A program made the translations under genes and the position numbers. The notes below the pieces were generated by a model, which had not been told where the DNA came from, ran no database searches, and saw only the letters and a program-made list of their open reading frames with translations. From Cenarchaeum sp. (GTDB taxonomy: Archaea > Thermoproteota > Nitrososphaeria > Nitrososphaerales > Nitrosopumilaceae): a stretch of DNA of 64,000 bases. This document shows, piece by piece, positions 40,075 through 50,904 of this stretch; position 1 is the first letter of the stretch, and each line of letters begins with the position of its first letter. The DNA is taken from the NCBI GenBank assembly GCA_963693095.2, contig OY843768.1, positions 928,001 through 992,000 on the forward strand. The letters run 5' to 3'.

Positions 40075-40257
40075 CTAGGCGCGACGCCGACTCCGGGGCG
40101 CGACTAGCGCACCAGACTCGATGACATGATCATAGAACGTCGTACCTGACATCTGCGTCTCGACGTCAAGCCTCTGCAGCTCCTTTAGGCGCTCTGGCGA
40201 GGCGCCAAGGACAATCTCGTCAACGCGCCTCATCAGGCGCCTCTCCTCAGAGGACAT
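40075..40257 (-). CDS. Small hypothetical protein
   Basis: MSSEERRLMRRVDEI...LDVETQMSGTTFYD; resembles the small ORF at 41567. Confidence 0.5.
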   Translation of the reverse strand: MSSEERRLMRRVDEIVLGASPERLKELQRLDVETQMSGTTFYDHVIESGALVAPRSRRRA

Positions 40258-40394
40258 CGTGGCCAAGGGTGCAGAATGTGCGCTATATGGCAAAGTGTTG
40301 AAAGTTTAGACAAAATGCTAAGCTGTGCGGTGCTGCCATGCGTGATCCGTGCGTGTAGGTTATAATATCACCATGCGCGCGCCGATTCACACAC

Positions 40395-41564
40395 ATGGAG
40401 ACAAAGAACATTGGGTTGCGCGGAATAGAGGTCGCCGACACGCGCATATCAAACATTGATGGCGGGAGGGGCAAGCTCATCTATCGCGGGTATGACATCG
40501 AGGAGCTTGCGCGAAAGTCAAGCTTTGAGGAGACGTCATATTTGCTCCTCCACGACCGCCTGCCGACAAAGGCCGAGTATGCCGATTTTGTGCGCAAGGT
40601 CGCCGAGGCGCGATGGATACCAAAGCAGATGCAGACGAACATGGGCAACTGGAGGAGGGACGCGGATCCGATGGACATGCTCCAGGCGTTTGTCGCCGCG
40701 CTGGCCGGATACTATGACGAGGAGTTCTCGACAAAGGAGGCAAGCTATGACCGCGCGATAAACCTCATTGCAAAAGTGCCCACGATAGTCGCAAGCTGGC
40801 AGCGCATACGCAACGGCAAGGTGCCAATAGACCCCGATCCCGACCTCAGTCACGCCGCAAACTTTTTGCGCATGATGTCCGGTAAGACGCCAGACGAGGA
40901 GACCGCGCGCATATTTGACACGTGCCTCATATTGCACGCAGACCACACGTTCAACGCCTCGACGTTCACCGCAAGGCAGGTCGCATCGACGCGCGCGCAC
41001 ATGTACTCGGCGGCGAGCTCGGCAATCGGGGCCCTGAGCGGCGAGCTTCACGGCGGCGCAAACTATGAGGTCATGAGAATGCTGCTTGACATTGGCGATG
41101 TCAGCAGGGTCGAGGCGTGGATACGCGCGCGCATGGACGACGGCGAGCGCATCATGGGCATGGGCCATGCCGTATACAGGACGTTTGACCCACGCGCAGT
41201 AGTCCTCCAGCGCCTCTCGCGCCAGCTTGCCGCAAAGACGCGCGAGCCGTGGTATGACATTACCGAGGCAGTGGAGCGCACGACAATGTCGATCATGAAG
41301 GACGCAAAGGGCATAGACATATACCCCAATGTCGACCTCTACAGCGCGTCAGTCTACTATATGCTAAAGATACCAATGGATCTCAACACGCCGATATTTG
41401 CAATCTCGAGGTCAGTCGGGTGGGCGGCGCACATTATCGAGGAAAAGTTTGCCGAGGCCGCGCCAAAGCCGGCCCTCTATAGGCCAAAGGCGATCTATGT
41501 CGGCAAGTATTGTGGGCCTGACGGATGCGAGTACAAGCCGCTTGACCTGCGCACGCAGGCCTAG
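40395..41564 (+). CDS. gltA: Citrate synthase
   Basis: GLRGIEVADT, LHADHTFNAST, LHGGAN, MGMGHAVY, YPNVDLY. Confidence 0.95.
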   Translation: METKNIGLRGIEVADTRISNIDGGRGKLIYRGYDIEELARKSSFEETSYLLLHDRLPTKAEYADFVRKVAEARWIPKQMQTNMGNWRRDADPMDMLQAFVAALAGYYDEEFSTKEASYDRAINLIAKVPTIVASWQRIRNGKVPIDPDPDLSHAANFLRMMSGKTPDEETARIFDTCLILHADHTFNASTFTARQVASTRAHMYSAASSAIGALSGELHGGANYEVMRMLLDIGDVSRVEAWIRARMDDGERIMGMGHAVYRTFDPRAVVLQRLSRQLAAKTREPWYDITEAVERTTMSIMKDAKGIDIYPNVDLYSASVYYMLKIPMDLNTPIFAISRSVGWAAHIIEEKFAEAAPKPALYRPKAIYVGKYCGPDGCEYKPLDLRTQA

Positions 41565-41566
41565 AT

Positions 41567-41773
41567 CTAGTTGTGGGCCTGTGCCCACGTGCGCGCCCTA
41601 GAGTCGATGTCGTGGCGGTAGAGAACCTCAAAGACCATGTCATAGAACGTTATTCCACGGCTGCGCGCCTGCTCGTCGATCCAGCGTATGCCCTCGGCAA
41701 GCTCGGCGTCATGCTGCGCGTACCCGACAAGCTCGTCGACTGCTGCTGCAAACGTTCCGCGTGAGGCGTCCAT
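41567..41773 (-). CDS. Small conserved hypothetical protein
   Basis: ELAEGIRWIDEQARSRGITFYDMVFEVLY. Confidence 0.6.
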   Translation of the reverse strand: MDASRGTFAAAVDELVGYAQHDAELAEGIRWIDEQARSRGITFYDMVFEVLYRHDIDSRARTWAQAHN

Positions 41774-41851
41774 CAGGCGCGCCTGACGATCTGCGATCAA
41801 AAGGCGCGGATTCAAAAAAAATGCACAAAACGCGCAGTTTTGAGGCATGAT

Positions 41852-43141
41852 TTAGGGGCGCTCACGCCTGAGCAGGACCCCAATGTCGGCCAAGTTTGTT
41901 CCCGTGGGGCCTGTCACCACAAGGCCGCCGTGGCGCGCAAATATTGAGTTAGAGTCGTTCTGGCGCAAGAGTGCGGCAATCTCGGCCTTTCTTGCGGTTC
42001 TAGTGCCGGCAAGCGCGCCGGCTGCGCGCGTGTTGCCGTCAATCCCGTCAGTGCCAACAGAGGCCGCAACTGCGCCCCGCCCAAGACCGCACATGAGCAG
42101 GCGCGCGACGAGCTCCTGGTTGCGTCCTCCCCTGCCCCGCCCGCGAACCCTGACTGTCGGCTCGCCGCCAAACACCACGCATGACATTGGATCATCGCGC
42201 AGCATGGCAGCTAGCCGACGCGCAACGGCAGACACGTCGCCATACGAGTCAGCAGTGCGCACCGAGTACCCAAGCGATCTCGCCTTTTTTGCCATTGCGC
42301 CAACACAGTCCGCGTTTGATGCGACCACGACGTGTGGAATTCGCCGCACACCACGGCAGGGACTCACACTGGCATCCATGCCGGCGCGCAGCGTCTTGGC
42401 GACTGTGCGCGGAACGCGCGAGAGCACACGATGGCGCCTCAGCACGGCGATCGCGTCGGCAAACGTGGTCCTGTCTGCCATGGTGCATCCAGATGACACG
42501 TCGGCGGGATCGTCGCCCCTGACATCTGACATCACAAGGGCCGCCCCGTCACATGCCATGCCACGAACCAGCCCGCCGCCCTTTATTCGCGAGAGGCGCC
42601 GGCGGACACAGTTTATCTCCCCAATCGTCGCGCCAGACTCGAGGAGAACCCTAGTGGTCTGCGCCTTGTCCTCAAGGCTCACGCCGTCAGGGGCCGCCAG
42701 CATCGCCGAGCCGCCGCCGGACACCAAAAAGATCGCATAGTCGCCCCTGCGCAGCGACGAGACGCGCTCGAGGAGGGCGCGCGCGGCCGCAACGCTGCGC
42801 CGTGTCGGCAGCGGGTGGCTAGAGCGGACTATGCGGTAGCGCGAGGTGTCCAGGCGCGGGCTCGGCGAGCCGGGCGGAACAATGACGATCCCGTCACTGA
42901 CCACGGCGCCTGCGTCGGCGGCCTCGGCCATGGAGCCTGCTGCCTTGCCATAGGCGATGACGCAGACGCGGCGATACGCCGACAGGCGCACGATCCGGTG
43001 CCCGAGGCGCAGGACATTGCCAGAAATGGCCGCAGTTGTGCGCGCGTGCGCGTCGGCGGCGGCAAGGCCTGCCCCGATCACCCCCATGGCGTCAGCTGCC
43101 GGACCCGCAGAACCAGTCGCACCCCGCAGGACTGCCCTCAT
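41852..43141 (-). CDS. Glycerate 2-kinase (DUF4147/MOFRL)
   Basis: YGKAA, LVSGGGSA, IKGG, GRGGRNQE, GTDGIDG, GPTGTNLAD. Confidence 0.9.
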   Translation of the reverse strand: MRAVLRGATGSAGPAADAMGVIGAGLAAADAHARTTAAISGNVLRLGHRIVRLSAYRRVCVIAYGKAAGSMAEAADAGAVVSDGIVIVPPGSPSPRLDTSRYRIVRSSHPLPTRRSVAAARALLERVSSLRRGDYAIFLVSGGGSAMLAAPDGVSLEDKAQTTRVLLESGATIGEINCVRRRLSRIKGGGLVRGMACDGAALVMSDVRGDDPADVSSGCTMADRTTFADAIAVLRRHRVLSRVPRTVAKTLRAGMDASVSPCRGVRRIPHVVVASNADCVGAMAKKARSLGYSVRTADSYGDVSAVARRLAAMLRDDPMSCVVFGGEPTVRVRGRGRGGRNQELVARLLMCGLGRGAVAASVGTDGIDGNTRAAGALAGTRTARKAEIAALLRQNDSNSIFARHGGLVVTGPTGTNLADIGVLLRRERP

Positions 43142-43192
43142 GTGGCAACTAGGCACCCAAGATATAATAATGAACGTTTGGGGGGTGCTGCC

Positions 43193-44137
43193 ATGCACGG
43201 GGTCTTGATCCCAAAGTCGATAAAGTTCGGCGAGGACGCGCTAGGGCAGGCCGAGTACCCAAAGGGGGCGCTCATCGTGACCACTGCGCCGCCAGAGCTG
43301 TCAGGCAAGTGGATATCGAGGATGGGAATACAGGACTATTCGCTCTTTGACAAGGTCACCCCCGAGCCGTCAATCGACGACGTAAAGTCCGTGATCGCCG
43401 AGTATTCTGAAAAGAGGCCGTCTGCGCTCATCGGCCTCGGCGGCGGCAGCTCACTCGACGTAGTAAAGTACGCGAGCAAGGAGATGGACCTGCCAAAGAT
43501 ACTCATACCCACAACGTTTGGAACCGGTGCCGAGATGACCACGTATTGCGTCCTAAAGTTTGACGGCAAGAAAAAGCTACTTCGCGATGACGCGTTCCTA
43601 GCCGACATGGCAGTGATAGACTCGTACTTTATGGACGGCACGCCCGAGCGGATAATAAACAACTCTGTGTGTGACGCGTGCGCACAGGCGACAGAGGGCT
43701 ATGACAGCAAGCTCGGAAACGAGTTTACCAGGATGTTCTGCGAAAAGGCGTTTGACATACTCTATGGCGCGATAATGGAGGGCAGGCGCGAGGACTATCC
43801 GTACGGCTCGATGCTCTCAGGAATCGGCTTTGGCAACTGTTCTACGACACTGGGCCATGCGCTCTCGTACGTGTTCTCAAACGAGGGTGTCCCCCACGGA
43901 TATTCGCTCTCATCATGTACCACAGTGGCGCACAAGCACAACAAGTCAAAGTTTTATGGGCGCTTCAAGGAGGTCGTCGAAAAGCTCGGCTTTGACAAGC
44001 TCGACCTAAAGGCCGACGTCTCAGAGGCCGCCGACACCGTAATGACTGACAGGGGCCACCTCGACCCCAACCCGATCCCCATATCAAAGGATGACGTGAT
44101 AAGGTGCCTCGAGGACATAAAGGCCGGCAGCCTCTAG
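43193..44137 (+). CDS. Fe-containing alcohol dehydrogenase, probably the malonic semialdehyde reductase of the 3HP/4HB cycle
   Basis: GLGGGSSLD, IPTTFGTGAE, GHALSY, PHG; from memory very similar to N. maritimus Nmar_1110. Confidence 0.8.
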   Translation: MHGVLIPKSIKFGEDALGQAEYPKGALIVTTAPPELSGKWISRMGIQDYSLFDKVTPEPSIDDVKSVIAEYSEKRPSALIGLGGGSSLDVVKYASKEMDLPKILIPTTFGTGAEMTTYCVLKFDGKKKLLRDDAFLADMAVIDSYFMDGTPERIINNSVCDACAQATEGYDSKLGNEFTRMFCEKAFDILYGAIMEGRREDYPYGSMLSGIGFGNCSTTLGHALSYVFSNEGVPHGYSLSSCTTVAHKHNKSKFYGRFKEVVEKLGFDKLDLKADVSEAADTVMTDRGHLDPNPIPISKDDVIRCLEDIKAGSL

Positions 44138-44228
44138 GGGCATTTAGCGCCATGACCTGTGAGCGGCCGCATCTCGCGCGTGAAAAGCCAACTAGACTTA
44201 TTTACCGCCGATATGGGAGCGTGCAACG

Positions 44229-45338
44229 TTGGCAAAGCTAAAGTTTGGCATACAGAACGGCCTAAACGTCGCGCGTGCCGGATATTCTGAAGACCAGATA
44301 TTCACGGCGTGCATACTAGCCGACAGGGTCGGCTATGACTCGATTTGGTACATGGACCACACCAACGTGCCACAGTGGTCAAACGCCGTCGTCCTGGATC
44401 CATGGGTCATGCTGCCGGCGATAGCCGCCCAGACGCGCCATGTCGAGCTCGGCACATGCGTGACTGATGCGATAAGGCGCCACCCGTCAAACATCGCGCT
44501 TGCGACAATAACGCTTGACCGCATATCCAACGGGCGCGGCGTCCTCGGAATCGGGGCCGGCGAGGCCCAGAACCTCAAGGAGTTTTGCATCCCGTTTGAA
44601 AAGCCCGTCTCAAAGTGGGAGGAGCAGATACAGGTCATACGCAAGCTCTTCGAGTCATCACCGGAGAACCGCGTGAGCTATGAGGGCACGCACTACAAGC
44701 TAGAGGAGGCGTGCCTACAGGCCGCGCCCATAACAAAGCCGCACCCGCCGATATACATGGCAGCCGGCGGACAGCGCACGCTTAGAATGTGCGGCAAGTA
44801 CGGTGACGGCTGGCTCCCGATAGGGTACACGCCGGAGCTCTTTGCAGACCATGCGGGCGTGATCAAAAAGTCAATGGCCGACAATGGTCGTGATGGCCAG
44901 AACTTTCAGTTTGCGCTTGACATTGACGTGTACTTTTCAGAGGATGCCGAGGCGTCATGGGCAAAGATGAAGGAGGCCATAAAGGTGAGCCTCTTCAAGC
45001 CCGAGATACTTCGAGTCCACAACATAAAGGGCGTAGAGGGCTTTGACTTTAAGAAATACTTTACCGAGTATTCGATGTCAAACCAGGAATGGATTGTAAA
45101 GATGCGCGAGGCCGCAACAAACATTCCCGACAACATTGCGCGCTCGTCAGTTGCAGTCGGAACGCCCGAGGACATCATACCCGTGTTTGAAAAGTTCATC
45201 AAGGCCGGAGTCAACCACTTTGTAATACGGTTCTGGGGCTCCAACTATTTCGGCAGCATTGACAAGTTTGCAAGCTCTGTCATGCCGTACCTGCACGAGA
45301 CGTCTGAGTCGAGCAGGACGTTCTTTAGGGGAATCTGA
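44229..45338 (+). CDS. LLM-class (probably F420-dependent) oxidoreductase
   Basis: WYMDH, ELGTCVT, LDRISNGRGVLGIGAG, GDGW. Confidence 0.88.
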   Translation: MAKLKFGIQNGLNVARAGYSEDQIFTACILADRVGYDSIWYMDHTNVPQWSNAVVLDPWVMLPAIAAQTRHVELGTCVTDAIRRHPSNIALATITLDRISNGRGVLGIGAGEAQNLKEFCIPFEKPVSKWEEQIQVIRKLFESSPENRVSYEGTHYKLEEACLQAAPITKPHPPIYMAAGGQRTLRMCGKYGDGWLPIGYTPELFADHAGVIKKSMADNGRDGQNFQFALDIDVYFSEDAEASWAKMKEAIKVSLFKPEILRVHNIKGVEGFDFKKYFTEYSMSNQEWIVKMREAATNIPDNIARSSVAVGTPEDIIPVFEKFIKAGVNHFVIRFWGSNYFGSIDKFASSVMPYLHETSESSRTFFRGI

Positions 45339-45340
45339 GC

Positions 45341-45973
45341 GTGCAGCTTCTCGGGCGCCTCGAGATAAAGAGCGCCCGCAGGATTGCAGAGTTTTTGGAC
45401 GCCGAGCACACTGGTCGCCTAGCCACAGTCGACGGGGACGGCCACCCGCAGGTCATACCGATGAACTTTGCGCTCCTTGATGGCTCGATATACATGCATT
45501 CGCACACAAGGGGCGAAAAGCTCGACAATATCAGGCGCGATGCGCGCGTGGGCTTTGAGGTGGATCGCGAGTACGCGTTTTTGCCCTCGTACTTTGAGGA
45601 CGAGCATGACGCCTCGGTTGCCGACACGCTGTATGCGAGCGTGGTCATAAAGGGGACAGCCTCGATAGTCGAGGACGAGGGAGAAAAGTGCGGCGCGCTC
45701 AATGCGCTCATGGCAAAGTACCAGCCCGAGGGCCGCTATGATCGAGTAAAGCCCGGCGATGACGTCCTGCGCGCAGTCGCCGTGATAAGGGTGGTCCCCT
45801 CATCGATGCGCGGCAAGTACAAGATTGGCCAAAACATCAAGGCCGCCGAGCGCGCCGAGCTTGCGCGCAAGATTCTAGAGCGCAGTGGTCCGGATGCGCA
45901 CGAGACGCTGCGCGTCATGGGCTTTGAGGTTCGCGACGGCAGGGCGCACATGGTCGAGGAGCCCGAGTGGTAG
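45341..45973 (+). CDS. Pyridoxamine 5'-phosphate oxidase-like flavin-binding protein
   Basis: GRLATVD..PQVIPMNF, GEKLDNI, YASVVIKG. Confidence 0.85.
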   Translation: MQLLGRLEIKSARRIAEFLDAEHTGRLATVDGDGHPQVIPMNFALLDGSIYMHSHTRGEKLDNIRRDARVGFEVDREYAFLPSYFEDEHDASVADTLYASVVIKGTASIVEDEGEKCGALNALMAKYQPEGRYDRVKPGDDVLRAVAVIRVVPSSMRGKYKIGQNIKAAERAELARKILERSGPDAHETLRVMGFEVRDGRAHMVEEPEW

Positions 45974-46142
45974 ACTGCCCACAGGGGCCGGCATGGCCGG
46001 AACCGGGGCACGCCAATTTGGCCATCCACGGGATCGCACTCATCGGAGCTCCAAAATGGCCGCACGTGTGGCGCACATGGCCAGGGCGCAGTAGGGGCGT
46101 GCGCCACGGTTTAAATCATGATTTTTGTGCGACCCCGTAGAG

Positions 46143-48098
46143 TTGCAGCGGCAGGCACAGTCCATCGAGATCTCCTCAACATTTGAGCCCGCAGGGGACC
46201 AGCCCGAGGCCATAGAGGAGCTTGCGCGCGGTGTGCGCGAGGGACGGTCCGCGCAGACGCTACTAGGCGTGACTGGCAGCGGCAAGACGTTCACCATAGC
46301 CAACGTCATTGCGCGATCCGGACGAAGTGCGCTAGTCGTCTCGCATAACAAGACGCTCGCCGCGCAGCTCTATGCGGAGCTAAAGCAGTTCTTTCCAAAG
46401 AGCAATGTCGGGTATTTCATATCATACTATGACTATTACCAGCCCGAGAGCTATATTCCGCAGACTGACACGTACATTGAAAAGGACACGCAGGTGAACG
46501 AAAAGATCGAAAAGATGCGCCTCGAGGCCACCGCGATGCTCCTTTCAGGAGAGCCGACCATAATCGTCGCAACAGTCTCGTGCATATACTCGCTGGGCAA
46601 TCCGTCGGACTGGAAGGACATGTCGATACACCTTGCCACAGGAGACGAGCCCGGTCGGAGGGAGCTCGTGCGAAGGCTCATTGCGGCAAGATACGAGCGC
46701 AACGACACAGAGCTAGCACCGGGCCGGTTTCGCGTAAAGGGCGACACTGTCGATGTCATACCCGCATATTCGACAGACATTGTCAGGATGTCGCTCTTTG
46801 GGGACGAGGTCGAGTCGATCACGCTGCGCGATCCCGTCTCACTTGACCAAAAGCGCAGTCTCGACTCGATTCGCATATTTCCCGCAAAGCACTACCTTAT
46901 CGCCGAGGACGTGCGTGAGCGCGCAATACGTGACATTCGCTCAGAGCTGGCCACGCGCCTGCCAGAGCTTGCAGAGCTTGAGAGGCAGCGCCTCGAGATG
47001 CGCACAAAGTATGACCTAGAGATGATCGAGGAGCTCGGATACTGCTCGGGAATCGAGAACTATTCACGCCACTTTGACGGAAGAAAGGCCGGCGAGCAGG
47101 CGTTTTGCCTGATGGACTTTTTTGGGCCGGGGTTTTTGCTAGTTATAGACGAGTCCCACGTCACGCTGCCGCAGCTCCACGGCATGGCAGCCGGTGACCG
47201 GTCGCGCAAAGACCAGCTCGTAAAGTATGGGTTTAGGCTGCCAAGCGCGTATGACAACCGCCCTCTAGTCTTTGACGAGTTTGAAAAGTACATGAAGGAC
47301 ACGATATTCGTCTCAGCCACGCCAGGCGAATACGAGCGCGGGCGCTCGGCGCGCATTGTCGAGCAGCTCGTGCGCCCGACTGGCCTGCTAGACCCCACAG
47401 TCGAGGTTCGCAAGACGGCCGGCCAGATGGACGATCTAGTCACCGAGATACGCGCGCGCACAGAGGCCGGCGAGCGCACGCTAGTGACCACGCTCACAAA
47501 GCGCATGGCCGAGGATCTCGCCGAGTACCTCTCAAAGGAGCAAGTCAAGGTCCGCTATATGCACTCGGAGATCGAGGGCCTGCAGAGGACAGAGCTCATA
47601 CGGCAGCTTCGCATGGGCGAGTTTGACGTCCTAGTCGGCATAAACCTCCTGCGCGAGGGCCTTGACATACCCGAAGTCTCCCTCGTGGCAATAATGGATG
47701 CAGACAAGGAGGGGTTTTTGCGCAACGTGACTAGCCTGATACAGACGTTTGGGCGCGCCGCACGCAACACGTCAGGTGCTGTCATAATGTATGCAGACCG
47801 CATGACGCGCTCGATGAACGCGGCGATCGCCGAGACGAACCGCAGGAGGGAGAGACAGGCCGAGCACAACAAAAAACACGGCATAGTCCCGCAGACGATA
47901 GTAAAGGCCGTGCCCGAGCAGGCCGCATCGCTTGATGACACTAGGCACCGCTCGGCACACGATCTGGCCACCGAGGTCATCAAGCTCGAGGCGCGCATGA
48001 AGGAGTGCGCCGCGGACCTTGACTTTGAGGGCGCGATCGAGTGCCGCGAGCGCATAAAGGCCATACAAAAGGAGGTTGACAGAAAGGATGGCGCATGA
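46143..48098 (+). CDS. uvrB: Excinuclease ABC subunit B
   Basis: [30 protein letters not shown]; TTG start about 27 nt after TTTAAAT (46110). Confidence 0.97.
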   Translation: MQRQAQSIEISSTFEPAGDQPEAIEELARGVREGRSAQTLLGVTGSGKTFTIANVIARSGRSALVVSHNKTLAAQLYAELKQFFPKSNVGYFISYYDYYQPESYIPQTDTYIEKDTQVNEKIEKMRLEATAMLLSGEPTIIVATVSCIYSLGNPSDWKDMSIHLATGDEPGRRELVRRLIAARYERNDTELAPGRFRVKGDTVDVIPAYSTDIVRMSLFGDEVESITLRDPVSLDQKRSLDSIRIFPAKHYLIAEDVRERAIRDIRSELATRLPELAELERQRLEMRTKYDLEMIEELGYCSGIENYSRHFDGRKAGEQAFCLMDFFGPGFLLVIDESHVTLPQLHGMAAGDRSRKDQLVKYGFRLPSAYDNRPLVFDEFEKYMKDTIFVSATPGEYERGRSARIVEQLVRPTGLLDPTVEVRKTAGQMDDLVTEIRARTEAGERTLVTTLTKRMAEDLAEYLSKEQVKVRYMHSEIEGLQRTELIRQLRMGEFDVLVGINLLREGLDIPEVSLVAIMDADKEGFLRNVTSLIQTFGRAARNTSGAVIMYADRMTRSMNAAIAETNRRRERQAEHNKKHGIVPQTIVKAVPEQAASLDDTRHRSAHDLATEVIKLEARMKECAADLDFEGAIECRERIKAIQKEVDRKDGA

Positions 48099-50904
48099 CA
48101 TGCTGCGCGTGCGCGGCGCACGCCACCACAACCTAAAGAACGTCAGCGTCGACATACCAAAGGGCAGGCTCGTCGTCATAAGCGGCCTGTCTGGCTCTGG
48201 CAAGTCAACGCTCGCATTTGACACGATATACGCCGAGGGCCAGCGCCGCTATGTCGAGTCGCTCTCCGCATATGCGCGGCAGTTCCTCGAGATGATGGAC
48301 AAGCCCGATGTCGACTCGATAGAGGGCCTGTCACCGGCAATATCAATACAGCAAAAGACGACGAGCAAGAACCCGCGCTCCACTGTGGGCACGACGACAG
48401 AGATATACGACTATTTGCGCCTCCTCTACGCTAGGATTGGCGAGCCGCACTGCTCCGAGTGCGGAAGGCCCATAACGACACAGTCGGCTGACACCATCTG
48501 TGACACGGTTCTCGGCGAGTTTGCCTCAAAAAAGACCATTGTTCTCGCGCCGCTCGTGCGGCGCAAAAAGGGCACGCACGAAAAGGTCTTCGCGCAGGCC
48601 CGCCGTGACGGCTATTCGCGCGTGCGCGTCGACGGCGAGGTCATTGGCCTTGACGGCGAGATCAAGTCACTTGACCGCCAAAAGTGGCACAATATCGAGA
48701 TAGTCGTTGACCGCCTGGTCGCCTCGCCACAGGAGCGCTCGCGCCTCTTTGAGGCCATACAGGCGGCACTAAAGGCGTCCCACGGGTATGTCATTGTGGC
48801 GGCCACGCCCGGCGGGGAGCGCGTGTTCTCGCAGAGCAACGCGTGCGCACACTGCGGGACGAGCATTGGCGAGCTCGAGCCGCGCACGTTCTCGTTCAAC
48901 TCACCCTTTGGCATGTGCCCAAAGTGCAACGGCCTAGGCGTAAAGATGGAGTTTGATGCCGACCTTGTCATGCCCGACAGGGCACTCTCGCTGCTAGATG
49001 GCGCAATAGTGCCATGGCGCGGCAGGGCATCACCGTTCAAAAAGCAGGCCCTGCGCGCAGTCGGAAAAAAGTTTGGCTTTGACCTCATGACTCCCGTCTC
49101 GCGCCTCACAAAGGCACAGCTTCGCGTCATACTGCATGGGACAGACGACGAGCTAAAGTTTCGCTACACAACGGGAGCCGGTGACACGTGGACATACACT
49201 GACACGTTTGAGGGGGTTTTGCCACAGCTCCAGAGAAGGTTTCACGAGACAGAGTCTGACGCAAAGCGTGACTGGCTAAAGCAGTTCATGCGCGACACCC
49301 CATGCAGCGCGTGTGATGGCAAAAAGCTCCGGCCCGAGGCCCTCGCAGTAAAGGTCGGCAAGAGGGGCATAATGGACGTGTGTGACATGCCAATAGACGA
49401 ATGCCACAAGTTCTTTACGGGGTTGCGCCTCAGCAAGACTGCGCGCCACATTGCGACTGGTGTCCTAAAGGAGATAGTTGAGCGCATAGAGTTTTTGCGC
49501 AATGTCGGGCTAGACTATCTCACGCTAAACCGCCTAAGCTCCACGCTCTCCGGCGGCGAGTCGCAGAGGATACGGCTCGCGACGCAGATAGGCTCAAACC
49601 TGACTGGCGTCCTCTATGTGCTCGACGAGCCGACGATCGGCCTCCACAACCGCGACAATGACAGGCTAATGCGCACGCTGACACGCCTGCGCGACCTCGG
49701 AAACACGGTCATAGTGGTAGAGCATGACGAGGACATGATACGCGGCTCGGACTGGATAATAGACCTCGGGCCGGGCGCCGGCGCGCATGGCGGGAGTGTC
49801 GTCTTTGAGGGCACGTTGGCGCAGATGCTCAACGGCAAGGCCTCAGTCACCGGCCGCTACCTAAAAGACCCAACGCTCATACGCCTCGACAGGCAGGGGC
49901 ACAAGAGACGCGGCACGCTCACCGTTGCCGGTGCTGCCGAGAACAACCTGTGCGGCATCGACGTAGAGTTTCCGCTCGGCCTCCTCGTTGCGGTGACTGG
50001 CGTGTCGGGATCGGGCAAGTCCACGCTGGTCAACGACATACTCTTGAGGGCGCTAAACGCGCAGATATACTCCTCGCGCGAGAGGCCCGGCAAGCACAAG
50101 GCAATCCGCGGCGCGGGCCTAGTCGACAAGGTCATCGCCATAGACCAGTCCCCCATTGGGCGCACGCCGCGCTCAAATCCGGCAACGTACATTGGCGCCT
50201 TTACGCCCATACGCGAGCTCTTTGCGTCAACAGAGCTCTCGCGCGAGCGCGGCTATATGCCAGGACAGTTCTCATTTAACGTCGCCACGGGGCGCTGCTT
50301 TGCGTGCGAGGGCGATGGCGTCAAGCTCATAGAGATGCAGTTCCTCTCAGACGTGCACGTAAAGTGTGACGAGTGCCGAGGTGCGCGCTATAACTCGGAA
50401 ACGCTCTCTGTGCTCTACAAGGGCAAGAACATTGCTGACGTTTTGGCAATGACAGTTGATGAGGCACTCGAGTTCTTTGGAAATGTGCCTGCCATACGAC
50501 GCAAGCTGCAGACGATCCATGATGTCGGCCTCGGCTACATACACCTTGGCCAGTCATCGACGACGCTCTCAGGCGGCGAGGCCCAGCGCGTAAAGCTCGC
50601 ATCAGAGCTCTCAAAGCGCCCCACTGGCCGCACGCTCTACATACTAGACGAGCCGACCACTGGCCTCCATTTTGCCGACGTCGAGAGGCTCCTTGCCATA
50701 CTCGACAGGCTTGCGCGCGGCGGAAACACGGTAATAGTCATAGAGCACAACATGGACGTCATAAAGAACTCTGACTGGATAATAGACCTCGGGCCTGAAG
50801 GCGGCAACAAGGGCGGAAAGGTGATCGCCCAGGGTGAGCCGTCAAGGATTGCAGCCGGTCCAGGCCACACCGCGCGCTATCTTGCGCGCCACATGGGACA
50901 ATGA
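48088..50904 (+). CDS. uvrA: Excinuclease ABC subunit A
   Basis: Two ABC modules ([21 protein letters not shown] twice) and Zn fingers. Confidence 0.97.
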   Translation: MAHDMLRVRGARHHNLKNVSVDIPKGRLVVISGLSGSGKSTLAFDTIYAEGQRRYVESLSAYARQFLEMMDKPDVDSIEGLSPAISIQQKTTSKNPRSTVGTTTEIYDYLRLLYARIGEPHCSECGRPITTQSADTICDTVLGEFASKKTIVLAPLVRRKKGTHEKVFAQARRDGYSRVRVDGEVIGLDGEIKSLDRQKWHNIEIVVDRLVASPQERSRLFEAIQAALKASHGYVIVAATPGGERVFSQSNACAHCGTSIGELEPRTFSFNSPFGMCPKCNGLGVKMEFDADLVMPDRALSLLDGAIVPWRGRASPFKKQALRAVGKKFGFDLMTPVSRLTKAQLRVILHGTDDELKFRYTTGAGDTWTYTDTFEGVLPQLQRRFHETESDAKRDWLKQFMRDTPCSACDGKKLRPEALAVKVGKRGIMDVCDMPIDECHKFFTGLRLSKTARHIATGVLKEIVERIEFLRNVGLDYLTLNRLSSTLSGGESQRIRLATQIGSNLTGVLYVLDEPTIGLHNRDNDRLMRTLTRLRDLGNTVIVVEHDEDMIRGSDWIIDLGPGAGAHGGSVVFEGTLAQMLNGKASVTGRYLKDPTLIRLDRQGHKRRGTLTVAGAAENNLCGIDVEFPLGLLVAVTGVSGSGKSTLVNDILLRALNAQIYSSRERPGKHKAIRGAGLVDKVIAIDQSPIGRTPRSNPATYIGAFTPIRELFASTELSRERGYMPGQFSFNVATGRCFACEGDGVKLIEMQFLSDVHVKCDECRGARYNSETLSVLYKGKNIADVLAMTVDEALEFFGNVPAIRRKLQTIHDVGLGYIHLGQSSTTLSGGEAQRVKLASELSKRPTGRTLYILDEPTTGLHFADVERLLAILDRLARGGNTVIVIEHNMDVIKNSDWIIDLGPEGGNKGGKVIAQGEPSRIAAGPGHTARYLARHMGQ

